A stretch of 64,000 bases of DNA, taken from Bacteroidales bacterium (lineage in GTDB: Bacteria; Bacteroidota; Bacteroidia; Bacteroidales; FEN-979). Where the stretch lies: the NCBI GenBank assembly GCA_023231005.1, contig JALNWG010000006.1, positions 43,060 through 107,059 on the forward strand. Reading direction: 5' to 3'. Of this stretch, positions 1-10,452 are shown piece by piece. Below the pieces are notes generated by a model. That model ran no database searches and had not been told where the DNA came from. It saw only the letters and a program-made list of their open reading frames with translations. The position numbers and the translations under genes were made by a program. The stretch's first letter is position 1. Each line of letters opens with the position of its first letter.

Positions 1-1365
1 TATGTTAGTTATATGGTTGGTTTTGCTCAGAATCATTCGGAAATCTGTAAGTTGGATACCATTGGGACGACCATAGATAACAGATTATTGTTAGCTGTTA
101 GGATCAGTAAAAATATTAATCTTGAAGAGACAGAACCTCAGTTTTTTTACACATCCTCCATACATGGCGATGAAATAACAGGCTATGTTTTGATGTTACA
201 CCTGATTGATTATCTGCTGTCTAATTATGGAATCGATCCAAGAATTACCAATCTTATCAATACTACTGAAATCGTAATTAATCCCCTGGCTAATCCGGAT
301 GGGACATACCATGGAGGAAATAATTCCGTATCTGGCGCTGTCCGGTACAATGCAAATTATGTTGATCTGAATCGCAACTATCCAGATCCAAAAGTGGGAG
401 CGCATCCTGATGGGAATCAATGGCAAACGGAGACCAATGCATTCATGACCTATGCTTATAATAACCATTTTACCATGAGTGCAAATTTTCATGGTGGTTC
501 AGAGGTGTTCAACTACCCCTGGGATACCTGGTCGAAAAATACTGCCGATTATCAGTGGTGGCAGTTTGTCGGACGTGAATGGGCCGATACCGTTCATAAA
601 TATGCTGTTCCCGGTTACTTTACGTATTTAAATGATGGTATTACCAACGGAAACGCATGGTATGAAATCAATGGTGGCCGCCAGGATTATATGAATTATT
701 GGCATAAATGCAGAGAAGTTACCGTTGAAATCTCTGAAACTAAAATACTTCCTACGAGTGAATTGTTGTCGTTTTGGGATTATAATTATCATTCCTTCCT
801 GAACTTTATTGAAGAATCGCATTACGGATTTAGCGGAATTGTTACCGATTCAGTCACCGGGCAGCCGTTAAAAGCAAAAGTATTCATTCCGATGTTTGAT
901 ATTGACAGCTCTGAAGTGTTTTCAAGAGAAACCAATGGTTATTACATGCGTCCTATTTATGAAGGGAACTATGATGTCTCTTTTTCCGATTCCGGATATG
1001 TCACGAAATATGTTAAAAATGTCCAGGTTAGCAAATGGAGTTCTACCACGGTGAATGTTCAATTGCGGCCTCTTTCTTATACTAGCGATAATCTTGGAAG
1101 GGGTATCGGTACCATTCATATCTGTCCGAACCCAAACGACGGAGACTTTTTTATTGATTTACCGAAAAATGTGAATTATCCGGTAACTTTTCAACTCTAT
1201 TCCTGTATGGGAAAACTCATTTACCAAACGACTTGGAAATTTCAATCCGGTAGTGACAAATTACAACTTTCCATTCACGGATTAACTCCCGGAATCTATA
1301 CTGCAAAGGTTAGTACTGAAAATTCTGTTTATGCCAATAAACTGGTTATTCAATCAGTAAAATAA
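1..1365 (+). CDS. M14-family zinc carboxypeptidase with T9SS C-terminal sorting domain (5' end probably cut by window edge)
   Basis: ORF 13..1365. M14 motifs are SSIHGDEITG (HxxE), NPDG, NRNYPD and FHGG. The last ~80 aa (ICPNPNDGDF...GIYTAKV...KLVIQ) resemble a type-A Por/T9SS CTD. No signal peptide in the window. Confidence 0.8.
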   Translation, partial: YVSYMVGFAQNHSEICKLDTIGTTIDNRLLLAVRISKNINLEETEPQFFYTSSIHGDEITGYVLMLHLIDYLLSNYGIDPRITNLINTTEIVINPLANPDGTYHGGNNSVSGAVRYNANYVDLNRNYPDPKVGAHPDGNQWQTETNAFMTYAYNNHFTMSANFHGGSEVFNYPWDTWSKNTADYQWWQFVGREWADTVHKYAVPGYFTYLNDGITNGNAWYEINGGRQDYMNYWHKCREVTVEISETKILPTSELLSFWDYNYHSFLNFIEESHYGFSGIVTDSVTGQPLKAKVFIPMFDIDSSEVFSRETNGYYMRPIYEGNYDVSFSDSGYVTKYVKNVQVSKWSSTTVNVQLRPLSYTSDNLGRGIGTIHICPNPNDGDFFIDLPKNVNYPVTFQLYSCMGKLIYQTTWKFQSGSDKLQLSIHGLTPGIYTAKVSTENSVYANKLVIQSVK

Positions 1366-1392
1366 TACCGTTCCATCCGTATCTCTAAAAAA

Positions 1393-2298
1393 TCAAAGCC
1401 GGATCCCAATTCCAAATGCAATCCGGTAAGATATAAGTAAAAAGAACGTAATTCCAGCAATTAAACCAGAGAACTTTATCGTCCTCGGATCTTCATCAAA
1501 ATAAAGATCCTGCATGTTTTTTCCTCTTATTGCGACTGGTATTAAAATAAACAACATCGTTGCATTGGTACAAACTTCATAGATGGTGATGTTTGGAATT
1601 TTAAAAAGAGCGATAATTAAATTTCCAGCAAAAAAAGGATAAATTATTTGATTCCAGATAAACTTGGTCCGGTTTACTGAGTTAAGCATATTGAAATATA
1701 TATTCCCGGAAAATAAAAATATACGGGTCAGAAATAATCCTAAGGTGATCATTGCCAGTAAGGTGATAAAGCAGATAATCATTTTTCCTGTATCCATGAA
1801 AAAAAAGTAAATGATTACATAGCCAAAGCCCTGATTGAAAATTGCTCCCGTAAAGATATCTCCCAAAAAAAAGACGATGGAGTGTGCCATCATCCAGAGA
1901 ATCAATAATCTTAAAATACCCGTTTCTGCCATCACTTTAACATAGATGACAAGAAGCAAAATACCAAAAATGAATGAAGTCATTGGGGCGGTGCTGAAAA
2001 TCACCTGTACCGCATCAGTAAACCAATCTGTGCCTTTTATAAGATAATCGATATTGTAATAGTACAGAACCGTTTTAATGTCGAAGGCGTAAGCTGAAAT
2101 TCCCGTTGCTATTTTTGTTACCGTGGAGATGAGTAAATAGGCAAGCAGAAAAAGCAGGGTTGAGTTAAAAAAAATCACTGTAAACGTACCTTTTGGATAG
2201 GTGCTTTTACAGTGACCGGGATGGGAAGAAATGTTAAAAAATGAACCCTTCTTCCAAAGAAACTTGATTTTACGATATGCTGAATAAAACCGATTCAT
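1393..2298 (-). CDS. polytopic membrane protein, function unknown
   Basis: 301-aa ORF with many hydrophobic helices. No recognisable motif. Confidence 0.45.
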   Translation of the reverse strand: MNRFYSAYRKIKFLWKKGSFFNISSHPGHCKSTYPKGTFTVIFFNSTLLFLLAYLLISTVTKIATGISAYAFDIKTVLYYYNIDYLIKGTDWFTDAVQVIFSTAPMTSFIFGILLLVIYVKVMAETGILRLLILWMMAHSIVFFLGDIFTGAIFNQGFGYVIIYFFFMDTGKMIICFITLLAMITLGLFLTRIFLFSGNIYFNMLNSVNRTKFIWNQIIYPFFAGNLIIALFKIPNITIYEVCTNATMLFILIPVAIRGKNMQDLYFDEDPRTIKFSGLIAGITFFLLISYRIAFGIGIRL

Positions 2299-2321
2299 TT
2301 TGGCAGATAAGGATCTAACTG

Positions 2322-3575
2322 CTAATAAACATCACCAACAGGAGGGATGCCGCCGGTAGAGTATTTCCCATTATTAAGGTTATTTGAAACCTCTGAGAAT
2401 GCGCTGATCGTTTGGGTAACATCTTCTAGAGAGTGAGCAGCTGTGGGAATTAACCGAAGCATGATCACGTTTTTTGGAACGACCGGATATATGACAACGG
2501 AACAAAAAATACCGAAATTTTCACGTAGATCAGCGACTATTTGTGTTGCTTCTGAAACGCCTCCTTGCAGAAATACAGGAGTTACAGGAGATTGAGTTTT
2601 TCCGATGTCAAATCCTTTTTCCCTGAGACCACTCTGAAGGGCTCTCACGATAGTCCAAAGTTTTTCTCTCAATTCAGGGCGGGTTTGGATCAATTCAAGA
2701 CGTTTCATAGCTCCTATCACCATTGGCATGGGGAGTGATTTGGCAAAGATCTGCGACCGCATTTTATAGGATAATGTTTTTATGATTCGTTTCTCGGTGG
2801 CGATAAATCCTCCGATCCCAGCCATTGCTTTGGCGAAGGCTCCAAAGTACATATCTACACCATCCATAACTCCCTGTTCTTCACTGGTTCCGGCTCCAGA
2901 TTTTCCCATAGTCCCAAATCCGTGAGCATCATCAATGAGAAGACGGAATCCATATTTATCTTTAAATTGTAATATTCCCTTCAAATTGCCCAAATCACCT
3001 GGCATTCCAAAAACTCCTTCGGTAATCACAAGCAGGCCGCCCCCAGTTTCGTCTGCAGCTTTTCTGGCATGTTTGATTTGTGACTCAAATTTTTCCATGT
3101 CATTATGTGGATATACAAATCGCTTGCCGATGTGGAGACGTAGACCATCCAGAATGCAGGCATGTGACTCGGAATCATATACAACTACATCACGGCGATC
3201 CAATAGAGAATCAATAATAGAAACCATACCCATATAACCATAATTCAGGAGGTAGGCTGATTCTTTTTTCTCAAATGCAGCCAATTCGTGTTCCAGTTGT
3301 TCATGATATTTGGTTTGCCCCGACATCATCCTTGCACCCATGGGAGCTGCCAAACCCCATTGTCGTGTAGCTTCTGTGTCAGCTTTCCGGACTTCAGGAT
3401 GATTTGCCAGCCCCAGATAATTATTTAAACTCCACACAAGAACAGGTTTCCCTCTGAATTTCATGTGGCTGGAAATTTCACCTTCCAATTTCGGAAAATA
3501 GTAATATCCATAACCTTCATTTGCAAACTGGCCCAAATGACCAAGGTTGTTCTCAACTTTTTCAAAAATGTCCAC
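2322..3575 (-). CDS. alpha-oxoamine synthase family PLP enzyme (AONS/KBL/serine-palmitoyltransferase-like)
   Basis: 417 aa. Motifs SLNNYLGLANHPEV and DDAHGFG, and a PLP-lysine context GAFAKAMAGIGGF. The substrate cannot be told from sequence alone. Confidence 0.8.
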   Translation of the reverse strand: MDIFEKVENNLGHLGQFANEGYGYYYFPKLEGEISSHMKFRGKPVLVWSLNNYLGLANHPEVRKADTEATRQWGLAAPMGARMMSGQTKYHEQLEHELAAFEKKESAYLLNYGYMGMVSIIDSLLDRRDVVVYDSESHACILDGLRLHIGKRFVYPHNDMEKFESQIKHARKAADETGGGLLVITEGVFGMPGDLGNLKGILQFKDKYGFRLLIDDAHGFGTMGKSGAGTSEEQGVMDGVDMYFGAFAKAMAGIGGFIATEKRIIKTLSYKMRSQIFAKSLPMPMVIGAMKRLELIQTRPELREKLWTIVRALQSGLREKGFDIGKTQSPVTPVFLQGGVSEATQIVADLRENFGIFCSVVIYPVVPKNVIMLRLIPTAAHSLEDVTQTISAFSEVSNNLNNGKYSTGGIPPVGDVY

Positions 3576-3702
3576 GATTATAATATTTTGTTAAACAGTT
3601 TGATTATTTTTAATAGGTTGCAAAAGTACCAAAAATCAAATACTTTTTCATACTTAAAACCGTTACTAATTGTCAATATTATGATTATTCACTGAAATAA
3701 TG

Positions 3703-3710
3703 TAATTTTG
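3703..3710 (+). promoter_or_regulatory. Bacteroidota sigma-A -7 box (TAATTTTG = TAnnTTTG) 4 nt before the bamD ATG
   Basis: Exact match to the TAnnTTTG consensus in the divergent intergenic region 3576-3714. The spacing implies a very short or absent leader. Confidence 0.4.
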
Positions 3711-3714
3711 CAAA

Positions 3715-4560
3715 ATGAAAAAGAGTGTCTTTTTTATTGTTCTGTTTAGTTTCCTGATATCACTTTCTTCTTGTAAATTCCAGAAATTATTAAAATCTGG
3801 TTCAATAGATGAAAAGTATGAAATGGCTGTGAAACTATATAATGAAAAGGATTATTCAAGGGCATTACAACTATTTGATCAATTGACTGGTGTGATGCGT
3901 GCAACCGATAAATCACAGAAAATTTATTATTATTACGCCTATTGTTATTATAATCAGAAGGATTACACTTTGGCTTCCTATTATTTTAAACGTTATACAA
4001 GCAATTTTCCCAATACCCCGGAGGCAGAGGAATGTGCATATATGAGTGCCTATTGCAATTATTTAAATTCGCCAGAATACAGTCTTGATCAAACAGTAAC
4101 CAACGATGCATTAAAGGATCTTCAATTGTTCACCAATACCTATCCTGAAAGTAAGCGAGTATCTGAATGCAATGATTTGATTGATAAATTGCGTTTGAAG
4201 TTAGAAATGAAGGATTATAAGATCGCGAAAATGTATTATCGAATGGATGACTATGCTGCGGCTATTCAGGGTTTTAGCAATATTATCAAGGAATATCCTG
4301 ATACTCCCCATAAGGAAGAATTACTTTTTTTGATCTTTAAATCTTATCACAAATTTGCCAAGGAAAGCGTTGAACATAAAAAAAAGGAGAGATACACAAA
4401 AACCATTGCTGCATATAATGAGTTTGTTTCCCAATTTCCGCAAAGCGAGTTTTTATCCGAAGCAGCTGATCTGAAAGAAACCTCACGTAGAGAGCTTGAT
4501 GCAATGTATAATAAGGATCAAAAGAAAATCATTCGGGATAGTTCCCCGGAAAAACAATAA
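3715..4560 (+). CDS. bamD: outer membrane protein assembly factor BamD (TPR lipoprotein)
   Basis: Lipobox LSSC. TPR-like repeats and the YxxAxxYY pattern. Conserved position upstream of the omega-like gene and coaBC. Confidence 0.75.
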   Translation: MKKSVFFIVLFSFLISLSSCKFQKLLKSGSIDEKYEMAVKLYNEKDYSRALQLFDQLTGVMRATDKSQKIYYYYAYCYYNQKDYTLASYYFKRYTSNFPNTPEAEECAYMSAYCNYLNSPEYSLDQTVTNDALKDLQLFTNTYPESKRVSECNDLIDKLRLKLEMKDYKIAKMYYRMDDYAAAIQGFSNIIKEYPDTPHKEELLFLIFKSYHKFAKESVEHKKKERYTKTIAAYNEFVSQFPQSEFLSEAADLKETSRRELDAMYNKDQKKIIRDSSPEKQ

Positions 4561-4574
4561 AAAATAGAAATAAC

Positions 4575-4910
4575 ATGGATTATAAAAAAGTTAAAACAGA
4601 TGTAAATGCAGTAACTCGTAATATTGAGGATTTTACTGTAGGAACTAACAATGTTTATGAAACGGTTGCAGTTTTATCAAAGCGTGCCAATCAAATTGGG
4701 CTTGAAATGAAAGAGGAATTGAATCAGAAGATATCCGAATTTGCTACTACAACTGACAATCTGGAAGAAGTTTTCGAAAACCGGGAGCAAATTGAGATTG
4801 CTAAATACTATGAACATCTGCCAAAACCAACTTTGATTGCGATCCATGAATATGTAAATAAGGAGATTTATTTCCGCAATCCCCATAAGGAAAGGCCTGA
4901 AGATTTTTAA
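4575..4910 (+). CDS. RNA polymerase omega-subunit-like protein
   Basis: 111 aa. NVYETVAVLSKRANQIG resembles the omega core motif. Sits in the bamD-coaBC synteny typical of Bacteroidota. Confidence 0.55.
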   Translation: MDYKKVKTDVNAVTRNIEDFTVGTNNVYETVAVLSKRANQIGLEMKEELNQKISEFATTTDNLEEVFENREQIEIAKYYEHLPKPTLIAIHEYVNKEIYFRNPHKERPEDF

Positions 4911-4930
4911 TCAAAACATTTATTTACCTG

Positions 4931-6130
4931 ATGATGAAAGGGAAAAAGATTGTAATTGGAGTTACAGGTAGTATCGCGGCATACAAAATTGCCTCCCTGG
5001 TACGACTTTTAATTAGAGAAGGGGCTGAAGTACAGGTTATAATGACACCCATGGCCACTTCTTTCATAACACCACTTACGCTGTCAACATTATCGCAACG
5101 CCCCGTTATTATCGAACCTTTTCAGGAAGCAAACGGTCAATGGAACAGCCATGTGGAAATTGGATTATGGGCCGATGTAATGCTTTTTGCTCCCGTCACT
5201 GCAAACACCTTAGGTAAAATGGTAAATGGCATTGCTGATAACTCTGTTATTACCACCTATTTATCAGCCAAATGCCCTGTGTTTATTGCACCGGCAATGG
5301 ATCTGGATATGTTTCGTCATCCTTCAACACAACGCAATATTGAATTTCTTAAATCTTTTGGGAACATCATTATTGAACCTCAGGTAGGCGAATTGGCAAG
5401 TGGACTGTCGGGGCCTGGCAGAATGGAAGATCCTGAGAGAATGGTTGAAATTTTGAGTACACACTTCAAATCATCTACGGCTTTTAGTAAAAAAAAAATT
5501 CTCATAACAGCAGGACCTACCTACGAAAAGATTGATCCCGTTCGGTTTATCGGTAATTTTTCAACTGGGAAAATGGGCTTTTCCTTGGCCGAACAAGCTG
5601 CTTTACAAGGTGCTGAAGTATACTTGGTTACAGGTCCGACATCACTTCAACTCCAACATCCTTCTATTCACAGAATTGATGTACTTTCTGCAGAGGAAAT
5701 GTATCAAGCTTGTATGAACCTTGCTCATGATATGAATGTGATTATTATGGCAGCTGCTGTTTCAGATTATACGCCTCAAAAGCAGTACCAGAATAAGATA
5801 AAAAAAACGCAACATTCTTTAATGCTCTCTCTTTCACCTACCAACGATATTCTTAGCGAACTTGGTACCAGGAAATCAAAAAACCAGTTGCTTATTGGTT
5901 TTGCACTGGAAACAGATGATGAAATCACCAATGCCAGAAAAAAGTTGGAATTAAAGAATCTGGATGCAATCATATTAAATTCCCTAAACGACCAAGGAGC
6001 AGGTTTTGGCGCTACAACCAATAAAATAAGCATTATTGATCGAAAAGGGAAGATACACCACCGTCCACTTATGGATAAAAGAGAAGTAGCAATTGACATT
6101 CTTGATTTTGTAAAAAAAATAGAACTGTGA
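4931..6130 (+). CDS. coaBC: bifunctional phosphopantothenoylcysteine decarboxylase / phosphopantothenate-cysteine ligase
   Basis: 399 aa. N-terminal flavoprotein motif GVTGSIAAYK, PAMDLDM, and C-terminal ligase half ITAGPTYEKIDPVRFIGNFSTGKMG. Confidence 0.9.
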   Translation: MMKGKKIVIGVTGSIAAYKIASLVRLLIREGAEVQVIMTPMATSFITPLTLSTLSQRPVIIEPFQEANGQWNSHVEIGLWADVMLFAPVTANTLGKMVNGIADNSVITTYLSAKCPVFIAPAMDLDMFRHPSTQRNIEFLKSFGNIIIEPQVGELASGLSGPGRMEDPERMVEILSTHFKSSTAFSKKKILITAGPTYEKIDPVRFIGNFSTGKMGFSLAEQAALQGAEVYLVTGPTSLQLQHPSIHRIDVLSAEEMYQACMNLAHDMNVIIMAAAVSDYTPQKQYQNKIKKTQHSLMLSLSPTNDILSELGTRKSKNQLLIGFALETDDEITNARKKLELKNLDAIILNSLNDQGAGFGATTNKISIIDRKGKIHHRPLMDKREVAIDILDFVKKIEL

Positions 6131-6134
6131 AAAT

Positions 6135-7049
6135 ATGAATTGGCCAAAGCGAATTCTCAGCGTCGCGATATTCCTGCTTTGCATGGTTCAACTTCATGCA
6201 CAAGAATTTAACTGTATTGTTAATGTCTCTTCTTCACAAGTGGAAGGAACTGATAAAAGAGTGTTTGAAACTCTTCAAAATGCACTCTATGAGTTTGTGA
6301 ATAATCGGAAATGGTCGAATTTTACTTTTCGTACTGAAGAAAAAATTGAATGTACTATTTTATTGACTGTTACCGATCGTCTTGGCTCCGATGAATTCAG
6401 GGGGAATATCAATCTAGTTCTGCGTCGTCCCGTATTTAACGCTGCCTATAATTCAGTACTCCTGAATTATATTGATAAAGGATTCCAATTTCGCTATGTT
6501 GAATACCAACCATTGGATTATTCAGATGGCACCTTTACTTCGAACCTTACCTCAGTCATGGCTTATTATTCTTATGTTTTTTTGGGATTTTATTTCGATT
6601 CTTTCTCTCCTAACGGAGGAAATCCGTTTTTTGAAAAAGCTCAGGAAGTGGTCAATTCAGCACAAAATGCTCAGGAGTCTGGTTGGAAAGCCTCTGAAAG
6701 TGAAAAAAACAGATATTGGTTGGTGAATAATTATCTGAATTCAGCCAATTCAGAATTACGTCAATTCGCTTATACCTATCACAGACTCGGTTTGGATCAG
6801 ATGTATGAAAAAGTGGATGGCGGTCGTAATAGCGTTACTGAGAGCTTGGGTTACATACAGAAATTATACAATGCCAAACCCAATTTATTTGCCCTTCAAT
6901 TGGTTTTTGATGCAAAAAGGGATGAAATTGTCAATATTTATGCTGATCAACGTGTTCCTCCCATGGAAAAAGCAAATATTGTGAACCAATTGAAAGATAT
7001 GGATCCAGCTAATAGTTCGAAATACCAGGCAATTCTGGAACAGAAATAA
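6135..7049 (+). CDS. secreted conserved protein (DUF4835-like by recollection and synteny)
   Basis: Signal peptide ending LHAQEFNC. The position between coaBC and recN is typical for this family in Bacteroidota. Confidence 0.45.
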   Translation: MNWPKRILSVAIFLLCMVQLHAQEFNCIVNVSSSQVEGTDKRVFETLQNALYEFVNNRKWSNFTFRTEEKIECTILLTVTDRLGSDEFRGNINLVLRRPVFNAAYNSVLLNYIDKGFQFRYVEYQPLDYSDGTFTSNLTSVMAYYSYVFLGFYFDSFSPNGGNPFFEKAQEVVNSAQNAQESGWKASESEKNRYWLVNNYLNSANSELRQFAYTYHRLGLDQMYEKVDGGRNSVTESLGYIQKLYNAKPNLFALQLVFDAKRDEIVNIYADQRVPPMEKANIVNQLKDMDPANSSKYQAILEQK

Positions 7050-7080
7050 AAATCACCGGCTTCCTTTATTAAAGTAACCG

Positions 7081-8736
7081 ATGCTTCTAAAACTATCCAT
7101 AAAAAATTATATCTTAATTCAATCGCTTGAAGTTGATTTCACGCAAGGTCTTTCTGTAATCACTGGAGAAACCGGCGCTGGAAAATCAATTTTTCTGGGT
7201 GCATTGGGATTGATTTTAGGACAAAGGATTGATACCAGTGTACTTCTTGATAAATCAAAAAAATGTTACGTTGAAGGTATTTTTAATATCAAAGGGTATC
7301 ATTTGGAAGACTACTTTCAACAGCATGAATTGGATTTTGAAGAGGAAATCATTTTGCGTAGGGAAATAAATCAAGGAGGCAAGTCAAGGGCATTTATCAA
7401 CGACACTCCGGTTTCGCTTTCTGAGCTTAAAAACATGGGAGATCAACTGGTAAATATTCATTCTCAGCATTCTATTGTAACCCTGAACGATGCAAATTTC
7501 CAACTGGCTGTTTTGGATAGTTATGCAGGGATTTACCAGCAGGTTTTTAATTATAGGAAGAAATTTGCTTCTCTTCAGAGACAAAAAAAACAACTGGAGG
7601 ATTTGATACAGATAGATAATAAATCCAAAGGAGAAAGGGAGTATTTCAAGTTTTTATATAATGAACTTGTCACGGCTGATCTGAAACCTGGAGAACAATT
7701 GTTGATGGAAACCCAACTTCAGAAATTGACTCATGCAGAGGAAATTAAAAAAATTTTAATTCAGACTACTGAATCGTTATCTGACAGCGAATCAAATGTG
7801 ATTAGTCAACTCTCATCCACGATAAACCTTATTCAAGGAATTTCCAGGTTTCACCCAGATATTCAATCATTAGTTGAAAGATTAAAAGTTAATTATATTG
7901 ATATCAAGGATATATCAAGTGAAATATCGATACTTGAAGGAACACTTCAGGTTGACTCTGAGATGATAGAACAATTGTCGCAACGTCTTGACATTATTTA
8001 TAAGTTCTTAAAAAAACATCAAAAAACATCATCTGATGAGTTGATCGAATTGAAGGAAAATCTATCAAGTAAAATATCTGAATCAAATAGTTTAACTGAT
8101 CAGATTTCTCAACGAACCCAGGAAATTAAATGTGTTGAAGATGAACTTATTAAAGAAGCGAAATCAATTTCAAAGTCACGTAATAATATACTCCAACAAT
8201 TTGAAGATGAGATCATCAAAGTATTAATAAATCTCGGAATTTCGCAAGCACAGTTTAAAATCGAACATATTTCTACGGAAGCTCTTACAAAGGATGGCCT
8301 GGATAAAGTCCGGTTTTTATTCAGTGCTAACCGGGGAATTGAGTTGGATGATGTTGCACATATTGCGTCGGGGGGAGAACTTTCCAGATTAATGTTGAGT
8401 ATCAAATCATTGATTAGTCAAAAGAATTTATTACCGACTATTTTCTTTGATGAAATTGATAATGGTGTTTCTGGCGAAATTGCTGGAAAAGTAGGAGCGA
8501 TATTAAAAAAAATGGCGTTAAAAATGCAGGTTATCGCGATTACCCATCTTCCACAAATTGCAGCCAAAGGAGAAACACATTATTCTGTATACAAAATTGA
8601 TAATAAGGATTGTACGACATCTTATATAAAGCAATTAAGTAAGCATGAAAGAATTGAGGAAATTGCAAAAATGTTAAGTAATGAAAAGGTTACTCCAATT
8701 GCTTTGAAAAACGCCAAAGAGCTGATTAATGGTTAA
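7081..8736 (+). CDS. recN: DNA repair protein RecN
   Basis: 551 aa. Walker A GETGAGKS, a long central coiled coil, signature SGGELSRLMLS, and Walker B IFFDEID. Confidence 0.9.
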   Translation: MLLKLSIKNYILIQSLEVDFTQGLSVITGETGAGKSIFLGALGLILGQRIDTSVLLDKSKKCYVEGIFNIKGYHLEDYFQQHELDFEEEIILRREINQGGKSRAFINDTPVSLSELKNMGDQLVNIHSQHSIVTLNDANFQLAVLDSYAGIYQQVFNYRKKFASLQRQKKQLEDLIQIDNKSKGEREYFKFLYNELVTADLKPGEQLLMETQLQKLTHAEEIKKILIQTTESLSDSESNVISQLSSTINLIQGISRFHPDIQSLVERLKVNYIDIKDISSEISILEGTLQVDSEMIEQLSQRLDIIYKFLKKHQKTSSDELIELKENLSSKISESNSLTDQISQRTQEIKCVEDELIKEAKSISKSRNNILQQFEDEIIKVLINLGISQAQFKIEHISTEALTKDGLDKVRFLFSANRGIELDDVAHIASGGELSRLMLSIKSLISQKNLLPTIFFDEIDNGVSGEIAGKVGAILKKMALKMQVIAITHLPQIAAKGETHYSVYKIDNKDCTTSYIKQLSKHERIEEIAKMLSNEKVTPIALKNAKELING

Positions 8737-8778
8737 ATAGTTGTGTTACTTAATGTTTTAGGTTATATATAAAATCGT

Positions 8779-9615
8779 ATGGCATATAATTTATTAAAGG
8801 GAAAGAAAGGAATTATTTTTGGTGCGCTTGACGACCGATCCATTGCTTGGAAAATTGCAACCCGCGCTTTCGATGAAGGTGGTCGGTTTACACTTTCTAA
8901 TACACCAGTAGCTCTTAGGTTTGGTGAACTTGATCAATTAGCCAAATCTTGTGAGGCAGAAATCATTTTAGCCGATGCTACAAAAATTTCTGATATTGAA
9001 AAGGTTTTCAAACGGTCGATGGAAATTCTGGGTGGAAAAGTTGATTTTATATTACATTCTATTGCAATGTCAATGAATGTAAGAAAACATAGGGAATATG
9101 ATGATCTCGATTATGATTATTTTCAAAGGACCATTGATATTTCTGCTCTTTCATTTCATAAAATGTTACAGGTTGCAAAAAAAATGGATGCTATCAATAA
9201 TTGGGGATCTGTTTTAGCACTATCTTATATTGCATCCCAAAGAACGCTTGTTGGGTATAATGACATGGCCGATGCCAAAGCTTTACTCGAATCGATTGCC
9301 CGGAGTTTCGGGTATATTTATGGGAGGGAGAAACAAATACGGATCAATACGCTTTCACAGTCACCCACCCGAACTACTGCTGGAAGTGCTGTTAAAGGTG
9401 TAGATGGTTTGATCGATTTCACAGACAAAATGTCCCCTCTGGGGAACGCAACTGCTGATGAATGTGCCGACTTTTCAATTGTTATGTTCTCAGACTTATC
9501 CAGAAAAATAACCATGCAGAACATCTATCATGATGGAGGGTTCTCCAGTATGGCCATGAGTTTAAAGGCTATGAACCAATATAATAAGTGTTTGGATGAA
9601 GAGGAAAAATTATAG
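8779..9615 (+). CDS. fabI: enoyl-ACP reductase (FabI-type SDR)
   Basis: 278 aa. N-terminal GKKGIIFGALDDRSIAWKIA, and length and architecture typical of FabI. Confidence 0.75.
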   Translation: MAYNLLKGKKGIIFGALDDRSIAWKIATRAFDEGGRFTLSNTPVALRFGELDQLAKSCEAEIILADATKISDIEKVFKRSMEILGGKVDFILHSIAMSMNVRKHREYDDLDYDYFQRTIDISALSFHKMLQVAKKMDAINNWGSVLALSYIASQRTLVGYNDMADAKALLESIARSFGYIYGREKQIRINTLSQSPTRTTAGSAVKGVDGLIDFTDKMSPLGNATADECADFSIVMFSDLSRKITMQNIYHDGGFSSMAMSLKAMNQYNKCLDEEEKL

Positions 9616-9637
9616 ACCCTGTTTCTTGGTTTTTTTT

Positions 9638-9645
9638 TAACTTTG
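9638..9645 (+). promoter_or_regulatory. -7 box TAACTTTG upstream of etfB
   Basis: Exact TAnnTTTG match 38 nt upstream of the ATG at 9683. Confidence 0.4.
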
Positions 9646-9682
9646 CACCCCGAATTTCTATTCTGTAAATAATCTTAATCAA

Positions 9683-10429
9683 ATGAAGATTTTAGTTTGT
9701 ATTAGTCATGTCCCCGACACGACTACGAAAGTCAAATTTATTGATAATAAAAAATTAGATACAACTGGAATTCAATGGGTTATTAATCCATGGGATGAGT
9801 TATCTTTGACAAGAGCTTTAGAATTAAAAGATGATCCGAAAAATGGGGTCACAACTGTGACCGTGGCTCATGTTGGTCTCGTGGGTTCCGAACCTACCCT
9901 TAGGAAAGCTCTTGCTATTGGAGCTGATGATGCGATCCGTATCAATGCTGATCCAATGGATGCCTATTATGTTGCCTTTCAATTGGCTCAGGTAATCCGG
10001 AATGAAGCGTTTGATATTATTTTAACTGGAATTGAATCAAGTGATTACAATGGTTCTACGGTGGGAGGTATGTTGGCTGAATTTCTGGGTTATAATTCTG
10101 TTTCTTCAGTTTCATCAATAACTATTGACAATGGTCGTGTTATTCTTCATCGTGAAATTGATGGAGGAAAGGAAATAGTAACGGTACCTGTTCCTTTTGT
10201 GTCCGTTGTTCAGAAAGGTATTGCTAAAGAACCACGAATAGCTGCCATGCGTGGTATTATGATGGCACGTACCAAACCATTGAAAGTATTTGAACCTGTG
10301 GCTTGCGAGCCATTGACTGAATTATTGACCTTTGAGATGCCAAAGCCAAGGACTGCCTGCAAGTTTATTGATGCAGAAAATTCGAAACAGTTGATAGAGC
10401 TTTTACAGAATGAGGCCAAAATCATTTAA
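9683..10429 (+). CDS. etfB: electron transfer flavoprotein beta subunit
   Basis: 248 aa. MKILVCISHVPDTTTKV, NPWDELSLTRALELK. Confidence 0.85.
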   Translation: MKILVCISHVPDTTTKVKFIDNKKLDTTGIQWVINPWDELSLTRALELKDDPKNGVTTVTVAHVGLVGSEPTLRKALAIGADDAIRINADPMDAYYVAFQLAQVIRNEAFDIILTGIESSDYNGSTVGGMLAEFLGYNSVSSVSSITIDNGRVILHREIDGGKEIVTVPVPFVSVVQKGIAKEPRIAAMRGIMMARTKPLKVFEPVACEPLTELLTFEMPKPRTACKFIDAENSKQLIELLQNEAKII

Positions 10430-10452
10430 TTAAACGAACCAAATATATTTAT